From: Setoptus koraiensis
Taxonomy: Eukaryota; Animalia; Arthropoda
Direction of reading: 5' to 3'
Assembly: GCA_048013815.1 (NCBI GenBank)
Contig: CM106586.1
Location: 24,180,001-24,244,000, forward strand
Length of the DNA: 64,000 nt
In this document: positions 28,852 through 41,500 of the stretch, piece by piece
Layout: the number at the start of each line of letters is the position of its first letter
Numbering within the stretch: the stretch's first letter is position 1
Program-made: the position numbers and the translations under genes
Notes under the pieces: model-generated
What the model saw: the letters and a program-made list of their open reading frames with translations, nothing else
Database searches by the model: none
Told to the model about the DNA's origin: nothing

Positions 28852-31800
28852 CAGAGTTGGCATAGCGCAACCACATTCACCTGTGTGTGTGCGTGTGTGT
28901 GTGTGTCATTATCGTCACGCTCGCCGCAACAACATGCCGAGTTTACAATGAATTATTATTATTGTTTATTTGTGTGCCTCACTACAAAGTTTCTAGTACA
29001 AACACAAATAATCGTGTCCAGCAGCCAACAACAACAAAATTCCCTGTGCATTGGTGATTTACTTATTTGCTGGGGTATTTACCGTTGCACCATTGATTAA
29101 TCATGCTGTGTTGTTGCCAATTATAGCGCTGTACAAATATCACCTGTATCAAATGTATAACTATTCACGACATTATGTGCGACTGTAATCGCTGATAAGA
29201 CATTGAAAACTGGCATGCATATACTACAAGCAATGCACAACAAAACAAGTTGCTCTCATCCTTCATTCAACTGGTCGTTTCACCTGGCGACTCTCGGCTC
29301 GACACTCGCCAGTTATACATTTGAGCGACATGCAGACAGGGAGAGAGGGAGAGATAGTTGCTTGTCTCCTGTTCCCATTGAATCACAGTCGACACAAACA
29401 ATATCATAATATAATAATATTATATGAGTGAATGAGCGCTTGACAAGCAGCAGCAGTTTGCATCATTTTCATTTGACAGTGCCACTAACAGAATCAAGTC
29501 AGCACTCAGATTCCCATGCAACAATAACAAGCTTACCTTAGATGATACCTTAGGTGATATCGCCACCACATGTATCAATGATAGTATGTTATCGTTGCAT
29601 TGATAAAGACCTTGGTCTTAGTATTATTATCCTTATTACGTATAACTAAATACTGAATATACACAACAAGCTTTTATTTGTATGTCAATCTCGAGCTGCT
29701 CATACATAGGGTTATGTTGTCAGGGTATAAGGGCATCATCATCACAAGATCGGGGGATTGTTATGCAAACTTGATTAGTTGCAAGTTGTGTGAATGGGCC
29801 AAGAATGGCAACGGCCAAGAATTGATTTGAAAAGGTGCGATTAGAATGAGAGAGTCAGTCGGCTGAAAACGAACACAGAACCGACTAACCTGATTAGATA
29901 TGCTAAATTTAAATCTGGTGCTATTAGATATGCCTTTGCATACGCGACTTGACTAAAACTTAAATTCAAACGACCGCATCTCATCACAACAACCACTGAC
30001 AATTGGCAGCCGAATAAAAATGCAAATGTATATAAACTCACAAACAAATTATATCATCATACGTATTTACTAACTAACCCATTAACAATGCTGATGCAAC
30101 CAATGAGATAGAGCGTGATGAGAATTCAATTTAATTCTATCATATTTAATTCTATGGCCAATGGCCACTTATCCTCATTTCCATTGCAGCGATTTCAATG
30201 CGGCCGCTCTCTAGAGTGAGTCTCTTGAGTGATTCTTGTGGCTGCTGTTGTTGCATTGGTATCATGCTTTAACGTTGCTGTTACACTATTCATAACTTAG
30301 CCGGTATTTTGACCACGAAGGAATCAAACAAGCGAGAAAACATAAATAGAGATACCTAATGATGGTCAAGCATACAGTTGATAATGGTGAATGAACTCTG
30401 TTCACTTTTGTCAAATTCAAATTCATAATTCGTCATGTGTCGTCCGTTTTAAACTTTCTCATTCGGTCACATGGCCAATTCAAATCGGCAACAACAGGCT
30501 GAGCGTATTAGTCGTATTCTCAAAATGATATGTGACACAAATTATGCATGATGACAATTATTGTCATTGCTTAGCTAATTGGATTGACAGGCAGTAGTTA
30601 GTTGGACATGGCAGGAGCAATATGAATGCGAATCAATGTGTTGTTGTTGTTCAAATTCAAAATGGAAGAAAAATAAATTGAAAATAAATGCATTTAGATA
30701 GATTTTGTTGTCATGGTGACGGTGCTTGTAAACTTTGTATATATAGCTTATTCTATTTCAGCAAGCTGGCCAGTTGACAAATTCAGTTACTCCTTTTCTT
30801 CTTGTCCTTCTTGTTATTTTGGTTGTGCAAACACACCAAGTTACTGACGATATGTGTCAGTATGTGTACACAATAATAAATGGCATGCAAAAAATGAATA
30901 AACTCGTTGAGTAATATCCCGTTATTTATGCTTATGGCACCAGTAACAAAGTTAATGTTGAACCGTGAGCATGAACAAATTGATTGAACATGTATCTCGA
31001 TTGACAGCTCTCAACTGTTCTCACAACCGACAACAATTGTCAGCTGTTTGATGAGCATTCTGACAAGCTGACAGTGGTGTAATAATACAGCAAAAAGTAG
31101 TTGCAAACATTTTTTGGACGACGAAAAAACAAAACCAACCATTGCATGTATCTAACTAATGTATGTCTGATAACTCAACCATGGCCACGGTTAAACTAGT
31201 TCAAGAGCAATTACCACTTGTTACCGTTAACTAATGCCTGAGTTCCTGTTTGTATCTGTTAAGCTATGGCAAATATCTAAATTGGTGCAGTATCTAAAAG
31301 TTGTATTGTGTTATCTGATCATCATTAATTTGTTAAGACACTGTAGTATGATATAATTAATTATGCATACGCACTCAGTTGATAACTAACAAGATGTGTT
31401 TGCAAGATGTACGGCTCAGTTGCTTGGCTAATGTATTACAATTCTCTTTTTGCTCAAATGATTTACATGTTGGATCGGATTAACTCTCAATCGGGGCTCT
31501 GTGGCAGTTGTGTTGTGGTCTATTTATTACACTTGATCCAACACACTTGATACAATTGCAGATATCAGCGTCTGCAAGTGTTATGTAATGCCCATGCGAC
31601 CATATATCAATTGTGTTGGATCATCATTAGCATGTATGGCCTAACATTTTTATAAAGACTCTTTGTTGTAGGGTGGCCTTTTTTCACTGCTATCTACAGC
31701 TATTATGTAGTCTGTCTAGTTTGTCTGTAATGGCTGACAAGAGTGTATTGTCAAGTTGTGCGCTTATCCGCCTGTTTGTCGTGTGTAATATGATAAATAC

Positions 31801-32687
31801 CATCCTTACATTTGACTTCCTGTTCGAATGTAAAACAACAACAGCAACAGCATGGGCTAATATCCGCCCGAGGAAACAACAACTGACTATTGGACTGGAT
31901 GGCAAGTTTATGATGCTTACGGTTAGCGTAACCTTACTAATAAGTGACCGTAACACTTGTTGCGCTAATAACAAATTAATAACTGTGAGCATCGTTTGCA
32001 AACTCGATGGCGGTCGTGCTGCCAAACGTAACAAATCAGTGCTAGGCGACTTAATTTAGTAAATAATTTACACAGGCCAACACAAAAATTGATTGAGGCA
32101 AGCAAAGTAAAAGTTGCTTTTGTCATTCAATTATAGCTCATCATTTCGTTCGTCCACTCATTAATATCTGTCGCAAAGTCTTTTTGCGCACACCATTTGT
32201 TATTGCCATGAGTTGTCCAATGTTATGTATGGTATAAAGAAGAGAATTGGACAGCGAAGAAGAATAATTGAACAGTGAAAAAAGTGGAGCACACTTGTTG
32301 TAGCTGAGAAATTACCTGTATCATATCATTAAGTTTATCATGAGTTAATGGGTCAAAAATTAAATTTCATTTAATCGGCCACTAATGGCACAATTTTGCT
32401 TGCTCATTAATAACACAACCTCAATCGGCAACATTAATATCAGCAACATTAATAACAAACCGGAATCGGTGCTTTCAGTAATCTCTACGCGTATCATAAC
32501 TAATGAGATCAACGGACATTGAGGTTACTTTCTATCTAGCTCATACGTATAACTTATTGCACTACTATACATCATAGACGGGATTAGTGACTTTTGCTTT
32601 CAGTGATGCCATCAACAATACAATAGATATAAGATGAGTGATACAACAGAGATAAATCTCTCTCGCTGAGCTCACAAGCTGCTACAA

Positions 32688-32755
32688 AATAAAGATGCAA
32701 CGAAATAAAGATGCAACGAAATAAAGATGCAACGAAATAAAGATGCAACGAAATG
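32688..32755. repeat. 16-bp minisatellite (aaataaagatgcaacg) x4
   Basis: Direct inspection. Confidence 0.85.
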
Positions 32756-34339
32756 TTTAAAATTTGAGTTGAGATATCAATCTGTGGCTCAATAATGGTG
32801 ACGCCATTTTGACAGCGCAAGTTATTGGCACTTTTGCATCAACTTGCACGCAATCGCATGCACGAAATAACGGTTCATTTACGCTCGGTTTATACGCTTT
32901 GTGCCAACAACCGCCACTTGTTATGGTGATAATATAATGAGCATCGGCTAACCTGATAACAATTTAAGCGGTTGTGAAGACCGTGTTGTTATGTAACTGG
33001 TTTACTGTTGATTGCATCACAAACTGTATTTATTATTGTTATCATCATCGGCATCTACCTAACAGCTGACAAGTGAGTTAATGCTAACAACGTGTAAATG
33101 TTTAGCATGACTAGTCCACCCACAACAGCATTACATGTATCATCATCATCTAAAAGTCAGTTAGATTTGTTCACGATTACGTGACAATAATTACACGATG
33201 ATACATTTGTTTGTTACATCATCAGATTATTAGATGCAGATTGTTGGCTACTTTACTTAAACTATCATTGACCGTCATCGACTGACGGACGGGTCATTGC
33301 GTCATCACACATAAATGATGCTGTTTGTTTATTCAAAAGTCAGTTAACTAGTTGTTGTTGTGTCCAACATCGACAAGCAATTATATTAGCCACAATAGAT
33401 AATATTGTGCTGGATGTTGGAATGCAGTGGCAGTTGCAGTTGCTGTTGCTGTTACAATCAGTTGTACTGATAGTTACTGATCACTGTTCGGGTGATTTGT
33501 GTGATAAAATGAATACAAATCATATTTTATGTAATGAGCGTTTGATGAGCCCAAAACTGATTGACAGCAACAGTTGACAATGGACAGTATGTTGGCGTTG
33601 TTAACAGTTTGCCTAGAAAGTAAAATTAACGTGGGTAATTATTTTTGTCTTGTCATACCTATACAGTTCGCCTTGTTACCTGGCAACAAAACATCAAAAT
33701 AAATCAACAAGCGGATATTGCCATGTAAATGTATATCCGCAAAAAAGGCACAAAGTTTGTGTGAGTGTCAGTGTAAGTGATGCTGTATCCATCATAATGC
33801 CATTGTAGTTATAAATATAAATATCCGTTTGTCAGTTAATCAAATGGAAAGTTGTTTGAAAAGATTGGATGCAAAAAGGTTTTCTTTTTGCAACAAATAA
33901 CTGTTATTGTCGAGATGGTATCTCATTTCATTGGTGCACACAATGCCAAGTTAACTAATCATAGTTGGCTCAGCTATGATCAGTAAGTAACAGTTAAGAA
34001 AATATTGGCCAAAAGCATGTTCCTAACATATGATGCCAGTTGCATCATCATTTTGTTGTATCAATTCGGTTGTATTATGCAATATTTGGTATATTTGAAA
34101 TATGCATGCTAATGTATTATGTAACGAGATTATAATGTAAGAACATTATCTTTGTATGTGTGCTTTTAAATGTGTGTCCTGTACAGGTAAAGGTAAAGTG
34201 GAAACAGGATGCAACTTGCGACCTGCTCAATAATAGACTGTCTACAGCTGGCTCCAGTACAATAATAATAAATACAAGTAACTAACAGTGAGCATCCTTT
34301 GCCGTGATATATGACACAATGGCACATTGAGTTGTGATC

Positions 34340-34394
34340 TATCTAATGTATGTATCTAATGTATGTATCTAATGTATGTATCTAATGTATGTAT
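34340..34394. repeat. 13-bp minisatellite (atctaatgtatgt) x4
   Basis: Direct inspection. Confidence 0.85.
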
Positions 34395-37300
34395 TGTATA
34401 CCTATGTACCAATTGCATATTAAGCTGTACGTTGCATGTGTGAGTCGATTATGTCATTGTGCAAACGAGCGCTACATTAAGTGTGGTAACATCAATAGCA
34501 TGTAAACAGAAAGGAGAGAAAGTAATTCGAAAAGGGGGAGCCCCAAAAATTTACTGTTACTGCTGGCCTGACGACGCGCAACCAAATGCAAAATATTGGA
34601 GCGATGCGATCAATTACTAATTTTAGTAATTCTACTATTGACATAATTAGATTATGTAATGTGCTAATCAGTGGAATTTGGCCGGCATAAGATGGAGATT
34701 GGCTGTTGGACTTGCGATCGATTGGACTTGTGATGGAACTGGCGCCAGTTCCATCACAGCAGCAAGAGCTAAGGCAACAGTTACAGCAATACTTACAGCA
34801 ATAGTTGCAGCAATAGTTTCAGCAAAAGATATGGCACCACATGCAGTTACTACCTGTAATAGGTACATCTGATAAAGGCATTGTGTGATGAGCCAACAGG
34901 TAAGCAAGTGAGCGACGATTGACGGCGATGACACGGAAAGTGAAAAGTAGAAATGAAGAAACGAAGCACAAACCAAGTGAAGAAACGAAGAAATGGAAAA
35001 ATGAAGAAACGAAAAAATGGAGAAAAGAAGAAAAGAAACGAGTGTGTGCTCTATGAGACCTGTGAATCTTACACCTGTTAGTAGCTTGTTGTATCATGTG
35101 TTGTGTTGCTGCGGTTCATGTTGCTCTATGAAGATATCCGTTATAAGCAGCAGTTGTTGTTGTTGTCGTTGCTGTTGTTGTTGTTTGCCCCGAGAACGAA
35201 CGCAACTCACCGAACAGTCAGGCAAGTCTGGTCATATGATCTGGTCACAAATTTACTGTGATGACATGAAAAATGAAAAATAAAAAATAAAATAAAATAT
35301 AAAAATTATTGTGTGTGACAAATCATTTGTCGTACACTTATGGCCAATACTGGTTATGTAATAAATATCGCCGTTTATAAGTGAATGTGCCTTTGATCGT
35401 TGAGACACTGACGACCACCAAATTTTTTCTATTTTATAACGTTCAACTTGTTGTTGTTGCTGCCGTAACTTACAAGTTGTAACTCAAGTGAGTTGGCTCC
35501 CACTGGCTCGCTAATTGAGTCACAATTTGTGAGTCACAAAGCGACTCACAGACTGGCCAGCAGTGACAGCAGCAACAGGTTGATCATGGGCACACACTAA
35601 GCCAACCAATACTATAAATGGAATGGCAAGTTGACTCAATTAGAATCAAATTGAATTCAATCAAATAAAGATAGTCGCATTGCAAGTGATAACAACAGCA
35701 ACAACAGCAACAACAGCAACAGCAAAAATGAATCAAGTCTGTTGAGACTTTTTGTTATGGTCAAGCTCCGCCTGTTTGACAGAGTTCAAACAACTGTCCA
35801 GATAAGCAGCACTCAAGACACATCCTTGAATCTGTGACAGGCCAACAGATGAACTCTCATCATCTTACATCTTCTTCATTGTATTTCTTACGTAACTCTC
35901 TCTCTCTCCCTCTGACCACCAATAGACACACATACACACGATGACCAGTGCAGTGAGCTATACTCGTTGACATGACTCGTTTTCCAGTTGTTCATCATCT
36001 CACACACACACAGTCTCTCACTGCTCACTAGTTACATCTCAATTTACAGTTATTTTGTCTCTTTGTATGTACGAGTCATGTCCATGTATCTATGAGCTGT
36101 GTCATCATATCGATCGCTGTGTGTTTAGATGCTGACAAGTTTCAACACTGACACAGAGTTATATCAGATCGGCAACAATAGCCATCGTGCGGCCGTTTAT
36201 ATCGACCGTATAAACGTCAATAAGTCAACATAAGATGAGGCTAAGTCAGCCAACATCGATCAGTAGTGTCAGCAGTGACATACCGGCGTTGCGTAATAAT
36301 CAACAACAACAAAATTGTATTGTATTCACAAGTGTCTGTCCAAGAGCGACAACTTAAACTCACTGCACACTGTGCAATTGCAATTGCAATGACAAGTGAC
36401 CAACAACAACACCGACCACAACATAATTGTGAAAGTAACTGCCAAAAGTAATCAAATTGAACTAAAATATCAACCAAATAATTCAAAAGCAATCTCGTCT
36501 CGTCCGTATGGTAATTTATTTCATAGTCACAATTGTCAGTTGAGTTTAGTTGATGAGTTGATACTAACAGTGTGATAAGCGCACCAACTTCCTAGTGGCT
36601 GCTCTTCAAATGTCACCTGTGTCTCGCTTGTCACATAACGTTGCGTAACGTACTTGGCAATAGCAGTGACATAAACAAGAATTCAATAGGTGGTCAACTG
36701 ACTGATAACGACGACAGCATTATCAAAAAATCACATCATACCACAGAGTGCGTTTACTTGGCGAAAGTGTGCTGTTTGTTAGTGGTCAATTGCGAATTGG
36801 TTGCCCAAAGTATCAATAAAAAATGATCCAATTATTCAATAAATAATCTACAAGTAAAATATTGCTCACCCGACATTCAACAGTCGCAATCATTGTATCA
36901 ATTTGAAGTCACACTCAACTCCAGTGTCCAGTGTCTAACATAGACAATTCAAATGACAAGTATCAATGCAGTAGAACATGGATTGACGTGATAATTTAGC
37001 ATCTTTAGAAAATCAACAGTTATTATTTTGCAAGGGGCCCGTCGTAATAAAACAAAGCACATAAATAATATATTATGCAATCAGAGGCGAGCTGTCGGTG
37101 CGATATTGAGTTTATTGTCGCATGATACCAATAACTGTCATCATTGATAGGTCAACTGTGTCATGGTTAGTTGGCATTAGATGCATTAAGGAAGCAAGAA
37201 AGTTAATTCTGGGCACACTTATTGAGTTTTCATCTACAACAATTTGAAAAATATTAAGTTTTTAAATATGCACAGCGCCAACTTTAACGGCTTTATGACA

Positions 37301-37689
37301 ACAATTATGATTGTTACTATATCAAAATAATTTGCCTGATTTGAACAATAACCTTAGTGCAATATGATACGATTCTCCAGTGGCAATAGTTGAATGACAG
37401 TTGCAATTGGCCAGACAGCAATCAATTGTTGATGTCTTACTACAGTTAGAAGGACAGTTAGAAGAAAAAAAATTGTATTGTAAGATTCGTGTTGTGTGAG
37501 ACACAAAACTGAGCGAACAAGCAGCAAAACTAGAGAAAAACAAGTGCACATACGCTAATCACACTAATGAAAGTTAAATACCAATCAAGCCTCAGCTGTC
37601 AAGTTTCGCATAGATTGACGCATGGCAAATTCATGCAATCGCCATAGATTATATTGTTGCCATAGAGACCAGATAACTGTAATCACTGT

Positions 37690-37748
37690 GTAGCAACAAC
37701 AACAGCGACAACAACAACAACAGCGACAACAACAACAACAGCGACAAT

Positions 37749-37792
<44 letters not shown>

Positions 37793-37811
37793 CGGCAACA
37801 ACAGCGACACC

Positions 37812-37843
<32 letters not shown>

Positions 37844-37866
37844 CGGCAACAACAACGACAACAACA
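37690..37866. repeat. Compound (AAC/AGC/ACC)n microsatellite
   Basis: Direct inspection; it explains the poly-L ORF at 37649-37969. Confidence 0.9.
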
Positions 37867-38562
37867 AGTGAAGTGTGACTGTCTGCTCTATTTGAATTGA
37901 CTGCACACTCCGATTGGCCTTCACTCTCTCGTCTCGACCATCATCTCGCCGTTCGAGTAACCATGGCAACAGTTGGTCTTAATGGACTTGTCGCTCAAGT
38001 GAATATTAACTAGACTGAATATTATCACCATCTCATAGCAACTCATTTGAATCGCCAGCATTATGTTATAAATGTAAGATGCTTAACAGTTACAGTTAAG
38101 AGCGCCAAAAGAATGCACAATCATCCTCTAATTGTTAATTATTATCTAAACAATAGGAAAAAGAGTTAAATGCGACAACAATAACAGGTGACAGTTGACA
38201 ATTGACAGTCGCCAGTCGCCAGTCGCCAGTTGTAGCAACAGAGAACGGGAGTGTGTCCATATAATTATAGTTACATAATTATCTAGATTATTGGTCATGC
38301 TTGGGTGAAAACAAGCGCACATAGTTGTTAGTTATTTTTCACACAAATTTTTTCTTTCTGTAGCACTTGATCGTGTGCTCATCGTTGTCACAATTAACTA
38401 TTTCCATCAATTCAATTTCACTTTTGGATGGAGTTACTTTGACCATTTATTTAGTCGTCTAAAGTCTAAAAAGAGTCTCAACCGAGAAACATCTTCGTCT
38501 GGCCATTCCATAACGTGGCTGCATAATACAATAATAACAAAGCACTCAATAATATATTCACA

Positions 38563-41500
38563 ATGTATTTCGATTTGTGCGATGATACAACGGTCAATCC
38601 GTCCCGGCCAGTAGATCGAGTAAAGAAGTCAAATAAAACAACAAATAACAATAATACTGATAGTAATAGCAGACAATCAATGTCATCGCATTCATTTAAG
38701 GAGACTTTTTTAAACAAATTGCTATTTAGATCATCTGCCAGTCACCAACAACAACAAAAACAACAACAACAACAACAGCAACAACAAAAAAGTGACTCGC
38801 CAGATAACAAGATCAATCAAGACAAAAAGAGCAGCAATAACGCAAATCAGCAACAAACAGCAAACAGCAACAATAGTAACAATGTGATTATTAAAGACGC
38901 AAAGGTGTCACGCCAAAAGAGTCATCAATGCAAGAAACAACAAGCTATGCAAATACAAACAAATGGACAAATTACATCAACCGATAAGATGATAGTTGCG
39001 TCATCGGCTCAAACTTTATTGCAGCAACACCTGGGTCAAAATTTTATTCTTGCCACCTCAAAAGAGCATCATCTTCATCATTACAAAAGCCAGCAACAAC
39101 AGCAACAGCACTTGGCTCAACCACAACAATTGCGCCAGAATAACGACCATAATAATCACAAGTTTAATTTGATTAGAAATATTACTAATAACAATCCCAT
39201 TGCAGCAACAAAATGTCACTTGCCTCCGAGATTGAAAGCCATTCTACCTACACATAAGATAAGATTATTAAATAATAATAATTGTGGCTGGCATCCGATA
39301 GCTCACCAACTTAATACCAATAATCAAACTGTCATTCAAGATCATCAGCATCATGACAAGCACCAAACAACAACAGCAACAACTCAGCAACAACCATTTA
39401 TTTGTGCCAGTGTATCGTCACATCGAGCTATCAATCGACACAAGTCACTGTTGAACGATATGCATCATAGAAAACAGACAATTATTGGCCTAGAGAGAGG
39501 TATCACTCAAAAGGTAACCTCAGTAAGTATTACAGCTAATAAAGGCGAGATTCCTTTGGTGGAGCCTCCGACGAGAAAACGCTTCTCTCGCAAGCAATTA
39601 TTTGGCGCAAACAGAAGCCATTTCTACAGACAGCATCAAGTGATGAGGCAGCAGCAGCAGCAACAACAACAACAACAAGTTGATCTAATCAGCAATACCG
39701 ATTTGCATATGCCAGCCAGCAGTGATAACGGAAACAATTCGAGCCGATTAATAATGTCAGCCGATGCCAACCACTGGCATTTGGAGCATCGAGAAGATAT
39801 TTCAATGGATCAACAATATTCGTCATCGCCATCCTCGTCGCTGTCCGATCTGTCACACGGACTGAAAGGTAACGGCAGTGGTGGTGAGGGCGGCCTTGTT
39901 AGTAGCGAATGGCCTCCATTTAGACCGAGAAGGCACAATAATAATATAGGGCCAGGAAACAATCGAAATAAGTATGCTAATCAGCAGCTGTTTCTTGCGC
40001 AACAACAACAACGGCAACAACAGCGACACCAACAACGACAGCAAAACAATGACAAGGATATTGAGACGCCAACAACAACAGACATGAATACTAAAAACAA
40101 GATGACTTATAATAAACAACTACAAACAACAAAATATTTACAAAGTAATGTAAGAACAAATAACAATAGTGAGATTATTAGTAGACGTTGCAATGGATTG
40201 GAGCTGGCAAATGCAAATGACAAGGATTCGCAGCTGGATTCGTTGCATAATCACAGTAGTTTTACAAGTAGTGGTAGCAGTTGTAGTAGCAGCAGCAGTA
40301 GTAGTAATCACAGTAATGCTAATCTAACAGCTGATAATAATGGCGGCAACAAGGTGAGAAGCAAGAAGCAATTACAACAAGATATGCGTGATATACTTGA
40401 GACACTCGGTGCAATTGATTCAGATTTGGAGGCTCAATTATTGGATAATCCAGACGCGCTCATGTTGATATATGAGATTTATCGTCAGCAGCAACAGGAA
40501 CAAGAGAGATGCAACAATACGACACCGTCCAATTTATCGGTGAATAGTAGCAGAAACGGCAAGGGTCTATCTTTGTCGTTGAGTAACCTTGATTCGGTTC
40601 AGCAACATAATAATAGTAATCGACACAACAATTGCCCAATACAAGCTAATCAGCAACATAATCAACAGCAGTATCTTCATCACAATCACAATCATCATCA
40701 TCATAATCACGATCATCATAATCATCAGTTGCAACAGCAGCAGCAGTTGCACAATATAGACAATAAGACAAGGATACACGCGCCGAAACAGGTGAATAAC
40801 GAAGGCAACATTATTAAATTACGTAATAATAGTAGCAGTGGTTTGTTAATGGCAAAGTCGCAACATAATCATAATCAAAATCAAAATCACAATGATATTG
40901 ATTGTTCGAGATGTGACTCGCAATTATCTACGGCTTCTGGTTACCGCGCAAACAGATTATCGCCTCCTTCTCATGACAGGCGACAGTCAGTGTTTAAGCA
41001 TCAGCATGCCAGTCTAATTAATTTGTCTAGTTCTGACATTGATGATAGTTTCCGGCAGTCAGCGCATTCTGACAATCACCATCTAATTCAGTGCTTGCCA
41101 GCGTCAGTTCAGGCAACAACCACCACAACAACAACGTCGTCGTCTTCGTCCAAATTGCACATTTGTAGAGATAACCTGAACACATCATTGAATTCAATAA
41201 TAAATGAAGCAATAGCAGCCAGTAATGCTAGAGATATAATAGTAGTGTTAGATGACGACGTTGATTTGAATGACATAGTTAATTTGGAGAACGACGATGA
41301 GGAGGAAGACGAGCAAGGAGTGAACGAATTCCATGATTTGCAGGATGATTTAGACGACGACGACGACGACGATGATGATGAATTGGATGTAGACGACTCT
41401 GGCCAAGAGTGTCCAGATGATCCAGATCTAGTGAGTTATCACCATCAACAACTTATTTGGAACAATAAATTCAAAACAATTAGAACAACAACAACAATTC

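Noticed and set aside
32688-34394. CRISPR-like reading of the short direct repeats
   Set aside because: The units are head-to-tail without unique spacers, the context is eukaryotic, and no cas genes are present.
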